Shown here: in pieces, positions 30,926-40,799 of the stretch
How the letters are laid out: the number at the start of each line of letters is the position of its first letter
Position numbering within the stretch: position 1 is the stretch's first letter
From: an uncultured virus (IMG/VR IMGVR_UViG_3300017751_000009)
Lineage: Duplodnaviria; Heunggongvirae; Uroviricota; Caudoviricetes
Length of the DNA: 64,000 nt
IMG/VR virus record: IMGVR_UViG_3300017751_000009
Strand: one strand, 5' to 3'
Notes under the pieces: model-generated
Told to the model about the DNA's origin: nothing
Seen by the model: the letters and a program-made list of their open reading frames with translations, nothing else
Databases searched by the model: none
Program-made: the position numbers and the translations under genes

Positions 30926-31546
30926 ATGGCTATCAACCAACAAAATCCCCCAAAGACTTCAGACAGGACAATTGACAAGTTTAAGTCAAGACTGTCTGGT
31001 GGTATTGCAAGACCTAACCTCTTTGAGGTGGTCTTGGCATTTCCAGATGGAGTAGTAGATTCCTCAGTAAATGATCTTGATGCAAAAGCAAGATTTCTTG
31101 TGAAGGCAGCTGCTCTTCCCGCGTCAAACATTGCACCAATTAGTGTTCCTTTTAGAGGTCGTACTCTTAAGATCGCTGGTGACAGAACCTTTGACGAATG
31201 GACTATTACAGTTATTAACGACACGGACTTTGCAATCCGCTCTTCTTTTGAGAGATGGATGAATTCTATGTCGAAAGTATCTGATAATTCGGGTACTACT
31301 AATCCTGAAAGCTACACCAAAGATGCATATGTTTATCAATTAGGCAGATCTGCGGTTGCACCTAATTCTCAGGAATCGGATCAAAATCTTCCCGTTCTTA
31401 GAACCTATAAATTCTATAGTGTCTTCCCAACTAACATCTCACAGTTAGACCTATCTTACGATTCTGCAGACGCTGTTGAAGAGTTCACAGTTACTCTTCA
31501 AGTACAGTGGTGGGAATCTGCCGGAAATGGTGGAGATGTCGCTTGA
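30926..31546 (+). CDS. gp19: Tail tube protein
   Basis: GIARPNLFEV, FRGRTLKIAGDRTFDEWTITV, EEFTVTLQVQWW. Confidence 0.97.
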   Translation: MAINQQNPPKTSDRTIDKFKSRLSGGIARPNLFEVVLAFPDGVVDSSVNDLDAKARFLVKAAALPASNIAPISVPFRGRTLKIAGDRTFDEWTITVINDTDFAIRSSFERWMNSMSKVSDNSGTTNPESYTKDAYVYQLGRSAVAPNSQESDQNLPVLRTYKFYSVFPTNISQLDLSYDSADAVEEFTVTLQVQWWESAGNGGDVA

Positions 31547-31552
31547 TAAATA
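31546..31552 (+). promoter_or_regulatory. Late promoter ATAAATA
   Basis: Upstream of gp20; similar cores at 33238, 34366/34371, 37033, 37343, 55889 and 57698. Confidence 0.65.
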
Positions 31553-31582
31553 GTCTTTGATATCAAAGACAAAATATTTAAA

Positions 31583-33238
31583 ATGTCGAAACTCTTCGGA
31601 TTTTCTATTGAAGATAATGAAAAGACCCCCAAGGGTGTAGTCAGTCCCATTCCCACTACAGGTGAGGGTGGGGCTGATTACTATATCCAAGGGGGTTTTT
31701 CTAGTCAAGTTGTAGATATTGAAGGTATCTACAAATCAGAGCATGAACTGATCAGAAGATATAGAGAGATGTCTCTCCACCCAGAGGTGGATAATGCGAT
31801 CGAAGATGTTGTAAATGAAGCTATTGTTTCGGATCAAAATGATTCTCCAGTAGAGATTGATCTAGAAAATCTTAATGCGAGTGATGGTATTAAAAATATC
31901 ATCCGCAAAGAATTTAAGCACATTAAAGATCTTTTAGACTTTGATCTCAAGTCTCATGAGATTTTTAGAAATTGGTATGTCGATGGTAGACTATACTACA
32001 ATAAAGTAATTGACATTCAAAATCCAAAAGAAGGTATTCAAGAGCTTAGATATATTGACCCTCTCAAAATGCGCTATGTGCGTAAAGAAAAGAAAAAAGA
32101 TGATCGGAATGATATTTTCAATAGCGGTGGTGTAAGAGAAGAACAAAAAGTATACTTCCCAGAAATTGAGGAGTATTTCATGTATACTCCCAAACCCCAA
32201 TACCCAACAAACATTGCTTCCCCTGGTGGTAGCACTGCTATGAAGGGAATTAAGATTTCAAAAGATGCTATTACATATTGCACTTCTGGTCTTGTAGATA
32301 GAAATAAAGGATCAGGTCTTTCATATCTTCACAAGGCAATCAAGTCTCTCAATCAACTTAGAATGATTGAAGATTCTCTTGTCATCTATAGATTGTCACG
32401 CGCACCAGAGCGCCGTATTTTCTACATTGATGTTGGCAATCTTCCTAAGGTAAAAGCAGAGCAATACCTTCGTGAAGTAATGATGCGCTACCGTAATAAG
32501 TTGGTGTATGATTCCAACAGCGGTGAGATTCGTGACGACAAAAAAATGATGAGTATGCTGGAAGACTTCTGGCTTCCTCGCCGTGAGGGTGGTCGTGGCA
32601 CAGAAATTACCACACTTCCTGGTGGTCAAAATCTTGGCGAACTTGCTGATATTGAATACTTCCAATCCAAACTCTATAGATCTTTAGGTGTGCCTGAATC
32701 TAGAATCGCTGGTTCTGGTGATGGTTTCAATCTCGGTCGTTCTTCTGAAATTTTAAGAGATGAACTAAAGTTCTCTAAGTTTGTTGGTCGTCTCCGTAAG
32801 CGTTTTAGTGCAATGTTTATGGATATGCTCAAGACACAACTACTCCTTAAGAATGTTGTTACTCCCTCAGATTGGGAAGTGATGTCTGAGCACATTCAGT
32901 TTGACTTCTTATATGATAATCACTTTGCAGAGCTTAAAGATAAAGAATTACTTGAAGGTCGTTTAGGACTTCTTGCAATGATTGAACCTTATGCAGGACG
33001 CTATTACTCTACCGAGTATATTCGGCGTCAAGTTCTGCGCCAAAGAGATCAAGAAATTGTTGAGATTGATCAACAAATTGAAGAAGAAATTGCGTCTGGA
33101 GTTCTCCCAGATCCAAATCAACAAATGCTTGAGATGGAAGCAGGAGACCCAATGCTACAGGGACAAGAAGACCCTAATGCATTGCCAGGTCAATCTCCGC
33201 AACCCCAATTACCAAAAGCATCAGAAGGGGAAATCTGA
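31583..33238 (+). CDS. gp20: Portal vertex protein
   Basis: YRLSRAPERRIFYIDVGNLPK, EDFWLPRREGGRGTEITTLPGG, RDELKF. Confidence 0.98.
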   Translation: MSKLFGFSIEDNEKTPKGVVSPIPTTGEGGADYYIQGGFSSQVVDIEGIYKSEHELIRRYREMSLHPEVDNAIEDVVNEAIVSDQNDSPVEIDLENLNASDGIKNIIRKEFKHIKDLLDFDLKSHEIFRNWYVDGRLYYNKVIDIQNPKEGIQELRYIDPLKMRYVRKEKKKDDRNDIFNSGGVREEQKVYFPEIEEYFMYTPKPQYPTNIASPGGSTAMKGIKISKDAITYCTSGLVDRNKGSGLSYLHKAIKSLNQLRMIEDSLVIYRLSRAPERRIFYIDVGNLPKVKAEQYLREVMMRYRNKLVYDSNSGEIRDDKKMMSMLEDFWLPRREGGRGTEITTLPGGQNLGELADIEYFQSKLYRSLGVPESRIAGSGDGFNLGRSSEILRDELKFSKFVGRLRKRFSAMFMDMLKTQLLLKNVVTPSDWEVMSEHIQFDFLYDNHFAELKDKELLEGRLGLLAMIEPYAGRYYSTEYIRRQVLRQRDQEIVEIDQQIEEEIASGVLPDPNQQMLEMEAGDPMLQGQEDPNALPGQSPQPQLPKASEGEI

Positions 33239-33267
33239 TAAATAAGTTATATATCTGACTTATATCC

Positions 33268-33438
33268 ATGGAAGAACTAGTAAATATGATTGCGACGGAT
33301 TCGTCTGCTGTGAATATTAGTGACCAAATTAAAGATCTCCTTTACCAAAAAGCTGCCTCTAAAGTAGACGCTTTGCGTCAACCATCTGCAGCTAATTTAT
33401 TTGGTGAACCATCTCAAGAAACCGAGGACCAAGAATAA
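33268..33438 (+). CDS. Small prohead core-like protein (56 aa, not in ORF track)
   Basis: MEELVNMIATDSSAVNISDQIKDLLYQKAASKVDALRQPSAANLFGEPSQETEDQE; lies between gp20 and gp21 (gp67/68 position), after ATAAATA at 33238. Confidence 0.7.
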   Translation: MEELVNMIATDSSAVNISDQIKDLLYQKAASKVDALRQPSAANLFGEPSQETEDQE

Positions 33439-33707
33439 TGGCAAGAACCTTATTAAAGGGAGCAGAAATTGCTTGTCCGACAACAACTGGTGCCGCAACT
33501 AGTTTTACTCAAGCAACAGTTGTTCGTTTAGTAAATACTGCAGCAGCTACGGCAGTCGTAAGTCTTGTTGAAACTCAAAGTGGAACTGCTATTGGTTCTA
33601 TGACGATGGCAGCAGGTTCGGTTGAATTTTTGGAAAAACAACCAACGCAATGTGTGTTTGCTAGTGCCACAACAGTAAAAGGTGCAAAAGTAGGATTTAC
33701 CGCATAA
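33438..33707 (+). CDS. Conserved hypothetical virion protein
   Basis: ATVVRLVN...GAKVGF; syntenic upstream of gp21. Confidence 0.75.
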   Translation: MARTLLKGAEIACPTTTGAATSFTQATVVRLVNTAAATAVVSLVETQSGTAIGSMTMAAGSVEFLEKQPTQCVFASATTVKGAKVGFTA

Positions 33708-33712
33708 AAACA

Positions 33713-34363
33713 ATGAAACTTATCACGGAAGAAATCGAACAGGTTGAAGTTATCGTTGAAGAACGCAAAGGCGTGAAATCAATGTATATTGAGGGAGTTT
33801 TCCTACAGGGTGACATCCAGAACCGCAATGGTCGGATGTATCCTATGGATACTCTCCGTAGGGAAGTCAGTCGTTACAACGAAAGTTTTGTCGGTAAAGG
33901 CAGAGCTCTTGGAGAACTTGGACATCCTGAAGGACCTACCCTCAACCTGGATCGCGTATCTCATAAAATTACATCTCTCAGAGAAGAGGGAACTAATTTT
34001 GTAGGTAAAGCTAAAATTCTCAACACCCCCATGGGTAAGATTGCACAAAATCTTATTGATGAAGGTGTCAAGTTGGGAGTTTCTTCCCGTGGTCTTGGAA
34101 CTTTAGCGGTAAATGAGAATGGTATTAAGATCGTTTCTAACGATTTTATGCTTGCAACTGCTGCTGATATTGTAGCAGACCCCTCCGCACCTGATGCATT
34201 TGTATCGGGAATCATGGAAGGAAAAGACTGGGTAATGGATGGTAGTATTGTCCGCGAAAAACTCGTGGAGAAGACATACAAGCAAATTAATACCCTAGTT
34301 GATGAAAGAGCATTGCAGGAGAACAAGTTGGCATTATTCAACAAGTTCCTGTCAAGTCTCTAA
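33713..34363 (+). CDS. gp21: Prohead core protease
   Basis: MKLITE, NRNGRMYP, ALGELGHP, GVSSRGLG, DIVADPSAPDAFV. Confidence 0.97.
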   Translation: MKLITEEIEQVEVIVEERKGVKSMYIEGVFLQGDIQNRNGRMYPMDTLRREVSRYNESFVGKGRALGELGHPEGPTLNLDRVSHKITSLREEGTNFVGKAKILNTPMGKIAQNLIDEGVKLGVSSRGLGTLAVNENGIKIVSNDFMLATAADIVADPSAPDAFVSGIMEGKDWVMDGSIVREKLVEKTYKQINTLVDERALQENKLALFNKFLSSL

Positions 34364-34418
34364 TTTATAAATAAATATAGATTATATCTAGATAACGATC
34401 TAATCGGAGAGTTCACCA

Positions 34419-35483
34419 ATGTCCGCTAAGGAATTACAAGAAATGGAAAATCCCGTAACAAGGGGTGCGAAAGGAGCTGAGGCTATGCCTAAGCTTTCTG
34501 ATCCTGGAACTGGTTTGGCTGCTGTACAAGATCTTGGTGGGCCTACCCCCGAGAACTACAAAGCCGACGATGATTCAGCGAAACTCGCAGAACCCAAAGT
34601 TAAAACTGTTAAAGATGTCGTAAATCGTGGCGCTAAAGCTGCCGAACCAATGCAAAGTCTTTCTGCTGGCGATACCGTCGAAGTAGAAGGCGAGCAAGAA
34701 GTTGTAGCTGAAGATGAGTCCACGCAAGAGGAGGCAACTCCTTCTGTTGATATTGAAGAAGATCTTTCTGCCCTTTTTGGCGGCGAAGAACTTTCCGAAG
34801 AGTTTCAATTAAAAGCCCGCACAATCTTTGAGGCTGTAGTTACTGCTAAAGTAACCGAAGTCCAAGAAGAGATGGCTGCACAATACGAAGAGCAACTTAC
34901 CGAACATCTTGAGTCTGTTAAGTCAGAACTCGTAGAGCGCGTCGATGCATACCTTGAGTATGTTTCTGAAGAGTGGATCTCCGAGAACAAGATTGAAGTT
35001 GAGCACGGTCTCAAGACCGAAATGACCGAATCGTTCCTGCAAGGAATGAGAGGTCTATTTGAAGATCATTATGTACACATCCCTGATGAGAAATATGATG
35101 TCTTGGAGAGTATGGTCTCCAAACTTGATGAAATGGAAGGCAGACTTAACGAACAGATCGAAGCTAACATTTCTCTTAACAAGCGCCTTGGCGAATCTAC
35201 AGCTGATGGAATTTTCCGTGAAGTAACCGAGGGTCTTGCTGTAACACAAAGAGAGAAACTAATCGCATTGTCTGAAGGTGTTGAGTTTGAGGGTGAAGAA
35301 TCTTATCGTGAGAAGCTGGTTACACTGAAGGAATCGTATTTTCCCGGTGAGCAAAAGTCAGTTTCTAACAAAGTGGAAACACTGTCTGAGGGCGTGACCT
35401 CAGAGACTGGTGTTGAGGCATCTGCTTCAATGACCCAGTATTTGAAAGCCCTTGGGATGAAGTATAAAACTCCGCAAATTTAA
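34419..35483 (+). CDS. gp22: Prohead scaffold protein
   Basis: LGGPTPENY, LSEEFQLKARTIFEA, VDAYLEYVSEEW; acidic coiled coil; TATAAATA at 34366. Confidence 0.95.
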   Translation: MSAKELQEMENPVTRGAKGAEAMPKLSDPGTGLAAVQDLGGPTPENYKADDDSAKLAEPKVKTVKDVVNRGAKAAEPMQSLSAGDTVEVEGEQEVVAEDESTQEEATPSVDIEEDLSALFGGEELSEEFQLKARTIFEAVVTAKVTEVQEEMAAQYEEQLTEHLESVKSELVERVDAYLEYVSEEWISENKIEVEHGLKTEMTESFLQGMRGLFEDHYVHIPDEKYDVLESMVSKLDEMEGRLNEQIEANISLNKRLGESTADGIFREVTEGLAVTQREKLIALSEGVEFEGEESYREKLVTLKESYFPGEQKSVSNKVETLSEGVTSETGVEASASMTQYLKALGMKYKTPQI

Positions 35484-35495
35484 ACACTAAATCTA

Positions 35496-36941
35496 ATGTA
35501 CAATCAAGAATCATTAATGGAGAAGTGGGGTCCACTTCTCGACGCCGAAGGCGTTGATCCTATTAAGGACGCGCACCGTCGTTCTACAACTGCTGTTCTC
35601 CTTGAGAACCAAGAGCGTTTCCTCAAAGAGCAATCTGCTTTTGAAAGCGGCAATGGTATGCTCTCAGAAGCTGCTCCTACTAACAGCGGCAACGCTGTAG
35701 GTGCTTCTGGTGCTTTCAGTGGCGGTTCTGCTGCTGCTGGTCCTACCGCCGGTTTCGATCCCGTTCTGATCAGCCTGATTCGCCGCTCGATGCCGAATCT
35801 GGTTGCTTATGAACTCGCTGGCGTTCAGCCGATGAACGGTCCTACAGGACTGATCTTCGCAATGCGTTCACGCTACACCAATCAGGCTGGTACTGAGTCG
35901 TTCTTCGACGAGCCAGATTCCGCATTCTCTGCCAACAAGGCAGGTACAAACATCGGTCAGGCAACACAAGGTGATTACACCTCTGCTGTTGATGACGACG
36001 GTACTGTTGGTTTCGGTTCTACTGGCGTTCAGCGTGGTACTAACCCCGCAATCCTCGAAGGCACTGCTTCCGACGCTGTACAATCTCAGTATTCACTGGG
36101 TCAAGGTATGGCTACTGGCGACTCTGAGGCACTCGGAGACGGCAGCAATGGCGACTTCAACGAGATGGCATTCTCGATCGAGAAAGTCACTGTTACCGCT
36201 AAGTCCCGTGCTCTGAAAGCAGAGTACAGCATGGAATTGGCACAAGACCTTCGTGCTATCCACGGTCTTAACGCTGAAGCAGAACTCGCTAACATCCTGT
36301 CTAGCGAAATCCTTGCTGAAATCAACCGCGAAGTTATTCGTACCATCTACAAAACTGCTGAAGCTGGTTCACAGGCAAATGTTGCCAACGCTGGTTTCTT
36401 CGACCTCGATGTTGACTCCAACGGTCGCTGGTCTGTTGAGAAGTTCAAAGGTCTTCTGTTTAACATCGAAAGAGATGCTAACAGAATCGCCCAAAGAACT
36501 CGTAGAGGGAAGGGTAACATCATCATGACATCTGCTGATGTTGCTTCCGCTCTGACGATGGCTGGTGTACTTGATTACACCCCTGCCCTTAACGCTAACC
36601 TTCAGGTTGACGACACCGGCAACACCTTCGCTGGTACTATCAACGGTAAGTACAGAGTCTACATCGACCCCTTCGCTGCTAACTCTGCTGCTAATCAGTA
36701 CTATGTTGTTGGCTATAAGGGTACTAGCCCTTATGACGCTGGTCTCTTCTACTGTCCTTATGTTCCCCTCCAAATGGTTCGCGCCGTTGGTGAGAACAGC
36801 TTCCAGCCCAAAATTGGCTTCAAGACCCGCTACGGTCTTGTCTCCAACCCCTTCGCTGAAGGCACCGCTCAAGGTTTGGGTCGCATCACCTCTAACAGCA
36901 ACCGCTACTATCAGCGTACTGTTGTTAAGAACCTCATGTGA
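35496..36941 (+). CDS. gp23: Major capsid protein
   Basis: FDPVLISLIRRSMPNL, GVQPMNGPTGLIFAMR, VTAKSRALKAEY, DAGLFYCPYVPLQM, FQPKIGFKTRYG. Confidence 0.99.
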   Translation: MYNQESLMEKWGPLLDAEGVDPIKDAHRRSTTAVLLENQERFLKEQSAFESGNGMLSEAAPTNSGNAVGASGAFSGGSAAAGPTAGFDPVLISLIRRSMPNLVAYELAGVQPMNGPTGLIFAMRSRYTNQAGTESFFDEPDSAFSANKAGTNIGQATQGDYTSAVDDDGTVGFGSTGVQRGTNPAILEGTASDAVQSQYSLGQGMATGDSEALGDGSNGDFNEMAFSIEKVTVTAKSRALKAEYSMELAQDLRAIHGLNAEAELANILSSEILAEINREVIRTIYKTAEAGSQANVANAGFFDLDVDSNGRWSVEKFKGLLFNIERDANRIAQRTRRGKGNIIMTSADVASALTMAGVLDYTPALNANLQVDDTGNTFAGTINGKYRVYIDPFAANSAANQYYVVGYKGTSPYDAGLFYCPYVPLQMVRAVGENSFQPKIGFKTRYGLVSNPFAEGTAQGLGRITSNSNRYYQRTVVKNLM

Positions 36942-36966
36942 TTTATATCTCACATACTTAACACTG

Positions 36967-36992
36967 GGACCTCTTCGGAGGTCCTTTTTTTT
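36967..36992 (+). terminator. Rho-independent terminator
   Basis: GGACCTC-TTCG-GAGGTCC followed by T8. Confidence 0.92.
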
Positions 36993-37108
36993 ATGAATTT
37001 TTAGTTTACTTCATTAAGTTAGCATACGCTGACTAAATAGTAATAGAATTAGATACTACCATGATCTGAAAACCCTTTATATTATATTTCTAAACTTAAG
37101 GTGGACAA

Positions 37109-37285
37109 ATGCATAACTTACTGTCTCGAGCTCAATTAGATGAGTGGAGAAATTTTGAACAGACTGCTGATGACTTTGCTGTAGAGCAGCAACAAAGGGA
37201 GAATGACTATTATGAATGTTTGATAGAATGCGATTCGTTAAGTGCGCCGGAATGTAAGAGGATATGCAAAGAGGTGCTTTTATGA
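37109..37285 (+). CDS. Small twin-Cx3C protein (58 aa, not in ORF track)
   Basis: MHNLLSRAQLDEWRNFEQTADDFAVEQQQRENDYYECLIECDSLSAPECKRICKEVLL; SD-like AAGGTGG upstream; own late promoter (37033) and terminator. Confidence 0.75.
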   Translation: MHNLLSRAQLDEWRNFEQTADDFAVEQQQRENDYYECLIECDSLSAPECKRICKEVLL

Positions 37286-37314
37286 TAGAATAGAGATTCC
37301 GTGTGAAGGAAGTG

Positions 37315-37340
37315 AGAGACCCGAAAGGGTCTCTTTTTTT
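37315..37340 (+). terminator. Rho-independent terminator
   Basis: AGAGACCC-GAAA-GGGTCTCT followed by a T run. Confidence 0.9.
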
Positions 37341-37358
37341 GTCTAAATAAAAATAAAA

Positions 37359-37889
37359 ATGTCCTTCCTCGGCAAGCAGATAGAAAACAAAAATTATCTG
37401 TCTCCTACGGGATTTAAATTCAATATTGTAAAAACTCCCAAAGTAGATTTCTTTTCTAACAGTGCAAAGATTCCTGGTATCCAATTAGGAAATGTAAAGG
37501 TTGGAAACTACTTGAAGTCTATTGACCTTCCTGGTGACAATATTCAATTTGAAGATCTCACTCTACAGTTTATTGTAGATGAAGATTTAGAAAATTATCT
37601 AGAAATTCATAACTGGATCTATGGTCTTGGATATCCTGAGAGTGTGGATGACTTTAAGACTTTAATTACAGCTGCAGACGGGTCTAAAGATACTAAAGAG
37701 CAGTTTAGTGATGGAACTCTAGCTATTTTAAATAGCAATTTCAATGTAAGTGCTAGGGTTAAATTTAGAGATTTGTTCCCAGTATCACTGAGTTCTCTCG
37801 AATTTACTGCCACCGAAACTGATTATACATACTTTACAGCAACAGTGACATTTAAGTATCTGTTCTACACTATTGAAGCTGCGACTTAA
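37359..37889 (+). CDS. gp3: Tail completion / tube terminator protein
   Basis: NYLSPTGFKF, PKVDFF, FIVDEDLENYLEIHNWI, FRDLFPVSL. Confidence 0.9.
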   Translation: MSFLGKQIENKNYLSPTGFKFNIVKTPKVDFFSNSAKIPGIQLGNVKVGNYLKSIDLPGDNIQFEDLTLQFIVDEDLENYLEIHNWIYGLGYPESVDDFKTLITAADGSKDTKEQFSDGTLAILNSNFNVSARVKFRDLFPVSLSSLEFTATETDYTYFTATVTFKYLFYTIEAAT

Positions 37890-37892
37890 CTT

Positions 37893-38318
37893 ATGGATCT
37901 TGAGACTATACAAAGTATGTGGGAGAAAGACTCACAGATTGATCAAGACAACTTACATGATGAGGCAGCGAAGATTCCATCTCTTCATGCAAAATATTTT
38001 GATATCTACAACAATATAAAGTTGTTAAGAGAAAGAGCAACAACTTTAGAGAATAAGATTAAGTTAGAAAGACACTTGTATTATACGGGTAAATCAGATC
38101 CCAAGGTTTATGAGACCGATCCTTTTCCTTACAAAGTTAGGGAGAAAGATGCAGTACAAAGATATATGCTAGCTGATGAAAAAGTTCAGACAGCATCTTT
38201 AAAAATTAAATACTACGATGTCATGTTGACATACCTGGAAGATATTATCAAACAGGTAAGCAACAGGGGATATCTGATTAAAAATATTATCGATTGGCAC
38301 AATTTTCGTGCGGGGTAA
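37893..38318 (+). CDS. uvsY: Recombination mediator
   Basis: MWEKDSQID, IPSLHAKY, YYTGK, RGYLIKNIIDW. Confidence 0.92.
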   Translation: MDLETIQSMWEKDSQIDQDNLHDEAAKIPSLHAKYFDIYNNIKLLRERATTLENKIKLERHLYYTGKSDPKVYETDPFPYKVREKDAVQRYMLADEKVQTASLKIKYYDVMLTYLEDIIKQVSNRGYLIKNIIDWHNFRAG

Positions 38319-38320
38319 CG

Positions 38321-39796
38321 ATGACTAAGTTAGTCGTGTCCAAGAAGAATGAAGTCTTTTTAAAGATTGAATCTGAGCCTCATGTATATCAAGAATTATC
38401 TGATCACTTTTCATTTGATATTGAAGGTGCTAAGTACATGAATCAGTATCGTAAAAGATACTGGGATGGAAAAATTAGATTATTCTCAACACATACTAGA
38501 GAGTTGTATGTTGGATTATTAGATAAGTTGGTATCCTTTTGTAAAAGACAAGGATATGAATATGAATTTTGCGATAATAAATTCTATGGTACACCTTACG
38601 AAGAGAATGAATTTATCTCTAAAGAAGGAATCAAAGATTATATGCTGACTATTTGTAATCGTCAACCTCGTGATTATCAAGTAGAGGGAGTATTCGATGC
38701 TCTAAGACACAATAGAAGGTTAGTGATAAGCCCCACAGCCTCCGGCAAATCTTTGATGATTTACTCAATCGTGAGGTACTATACAGAGCGCAAACAAAAT
38801 ATCCTCCTAGTTGTTCCAACGACATCTCTGGTAGAGCAGATGCATAAGGACTTTGAGGAGTATGGATGGGATGCTTCTTCATATTGTCAAAAAATTTATG
38901 CAGGTAAGGAACGAGAGGCAAAATCACCTGTCGTAATAACAACCTGGCAATCTATCTATAAGTTGGAGAAAAGTTATTTTGAACGATTCAATGTCGTGAT
39001 TGGCGATGAGGCTCATTTGTTTAAGGCAAAGTCTCTTACTAATATCATGACTAAGTTACATCAAGCAAAATATCGTTTTGGTTTTACTGGCACACTAGAC
39101 GGAACACAAACTCATAAGTGGGTGCTAGAGGGATTGTTTGGACCATCTTACAAGTTAGTTCGTACCGAGGAACTAATGAACAAAGGGTATCTGGCAAAAC
39201 TAAATGCTAAGATTCTTTTGTTAAAACATGATGAGAGAGTATTTGATTCATACTTAGAAGAAATTGATTACTTAATTTCTCACGACAAAAGAAATAAATT
39301 TATTAAAAATTTAAGCTTAGACTTAAAAGGAAATACTCTAGTACTCTTTGCAAGAGTTGAGGATCATGGAAGGGTTCTTTTTGATATGATAAATAAAAAC
39401 ATAGAAGAAAATCGGAAAGTCTTCTTTATCCATGGTGGAGTAGATGTTGAGGATAGAGAACTAGCCCGTTCCATTATTGAAACTGAAACCAACTCAATCA
39501 TTGTTGCTTCTTACGGAACTTTTTCTACTGGAATTAATATTAAAAATCTACATAATGTAATATTTGCATCTCCATCTAAATCAAGAATTAGAAATTTACA
39601 ATCGATTGGTAGAGTTCTTAGAAAAGGCACTAACAAATTTAGCGCAACACTTTATGATATTGCTGATGATTGTACTTTTCGTTCCAAAAGAAATTACACA
39701 TTAAACCATCTCATTGAAAGAATTAAAATTTACAAAGAAGAAAAATTTAATTATGATATGGTAACTATCAACCTGAGGGAAAAGCATGAACGATGA
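38321..39796 (+). CDS. uvsW: RNA-DNA / DNA-DNA helicase
   Basis: WDGKIRLF, SPTASGKS, DEAH, GFTGTL, LQSIGRVLR; start taken at ATG 38321. Confidence 0.96.
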   Translation: MTKLVVSKKNEVFLKIESEPHVYQELSDHFSFDIEGAKYMNQYRKRYWDGKIRLFSTHTRELYVGLLDKLVSFCKRQGYEYEFCDNKFYGTPYEENEFISKEGIKDYMLTICNRQPRDYQVEGVFDALRHNRRLVISPTASGKSLMIYSIVRYYTERKQNILLVVPTTSLVEQMHKDFEEYGWDASSYCQKIYAGKEREAKSPVVITTWQSIYKLEKSYFERFNVVIGDEAHLFKAKSLTNIMTKLHQAKYRFGFTGTLDGTQTHKWVLEGLFGPSYKLVRTEELMNKGYLAKLNAKILLLKHDERVFDSYLEEIDYLISHDKRNKFIKNLSLDLKGNTLVLFARVEDHGRVLFDMINKNIEENRKVFFIHGGVDVEDRELARSIIETETNSIIVASYGTFSTGINIKNLHNVIFASPSKSRIRNLQSIGRVLRKGTNKFSATLYDIADDCTFRSKRNYTLNHLIERIKIYKEEKFNYDMVTINLREKHER

Positions 39797-40217
39797 CTTT
39801 TACGCGAGTATCAAATTAGTATCTGGTGAAGAAATTTTTGCCATTACTTCTTCAGAAGACGACACTTTAATTTTACAAGATCCTGTCTGTATTGAAACAA
39901 TACATGGACCAAGAGGCTCTTTTATAAGAGTTGAACCATGGATGCATGTTCCTAATGATCAATTTTATTTTATTGACAAGAGACAAATTATTACAATGAC
40001 AGAAGTTGAGAGTGATAATGAAATGATTGATTATTATACAAATTATATAATTGACGCTGCTGAAGATAGAATGGGAATCAACACTAGATCTAGCGGCAAA
40101 GTAAAACCATCTGAAAAAATGGGATACAGAGGAAGCGTTAAGTCTGCAAAAGAAAAACTAGAACAGCTTCTACAGTTAGAGTGTGATCCTAGAGCAGGCA
40201 TTGCAACTCATGCTTAA
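39786..40217 (+). CDS. Conserved hypothetical protein (Sm-like)
   Basis: YASIKLVSGEEI...PW motif; usual gene between uvsW and gp55. Confidence 0.75.
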   Translation: MNDDFYASIKLVSGEEIFAITSSEDDTLILQDPVCIETIHGPRGSFIRVEPWMHVPNDQFYFIDKRQIITMTEVESDNEMIDYYTNYIIDAAEDRMGINTRSSGKVKPSEKMGYRGSVKSAKEKLEQLLQLECDPRAGIATHA

Positions 40218-40260
40218 GCTTCAAAGCTAAGATACAGTGCTTCTGAACTTCGACAAAGTT

Positions 40261-40289
40261 ATTCTACAGAGAAAAGCATAGTTTGTCAA
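40261..40289 (-). promoter_or_regulatory. Antisense sigma70 promoter TTGACA-17-TAGAAT
   Basis: The reverse complement reads TTGACA aactatgcttttctctg TAGAAT. Confidence 0.6.
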
Positions 40290-40293
40290 GTTG

Positions 40294-40302
40294 TGCTATA
40301 AT
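40294..40302 (+). promoter_or_regulatory. Extended -10 promoter TGcTATAAT for gp55
   Basis: Located 24 nt upstream of the gp55 ATG. Confidence 0.7.
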
Positions 40303-40325
40303 ATAAACATGAACCTACAGCAGAT

Positions 40326-40799
40326 ATGCCTAAAAAAAGATCTGAACATTATGTAAATAATAAAGAATTGTTAGATGCGATGGTTGAATATCGCATCAAA
40401 TCAAGACTTGCTAAAGAGAATGGAGATACTCCTCCACCTATTAGTAATTATTTGGGTGACTGTTTTCTTAAGATTGCCACGCACCTTTCATACAAACCTA
40501 ACTTCGTGAACTATATGTTCCGAGAGGATATGATTGGTGATGGTATTGAGAATTGTGTACAATATATTCATAACTTCAATCCAGAGAAATCAACAAATCC
40601 TTTTGCATATTTTACTCAGATTATTTACTACGCATTTCTTCGTAGAATTCAGAAAGAAAAAAAGCAATTAGAAATTAAAACAAAAATTATTGAAAGAACT
40701 GGATATGATCAAGTAATGGTTATTGAAGATGGAGCTAACGGGTCTACAAGCGACTACAACACCATCAAAGATAACATTCAATACAGGACATCAAGATGA
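40326..40799 (+). CDS. gp55: Late-transcription sigma factor
   Basis: HYVNNKE, LSYKPNFVNY, EDMIGDGIENC, NPFAYFTQIIYYAFLRRIQKEK. Confidence 0.97.
   Translation: MPKKRSEHYVNNKELLDAMVEYRIKSRLAKENGDTPPPISNYLGDCFLKIATHLSYKPNFVNYMFREDMIGDGIENCVQYIHNFNPEKSTNPFAYFTQIIYYAFLRRIQKEKKQLEIKTKIIERTGYDQVMVIEDGANGSTSDYNTIKDNIQYRTSR

Noticed and set aside
36369..36953. 194-aa minus-strand ORF within gp23, and the many other minus-strand ORFs in the track
   Set aside because: They are antisense shadows of codon-biased plus-strand genes, with no recognisable motifs or translation signals.
37077..37484. 135-aa minus-strand ORF
   Set aside because: It crosses a terminator and the gp3 start; the plus-strand 58-aa ORF with SD, promoter and terminator explains the region.
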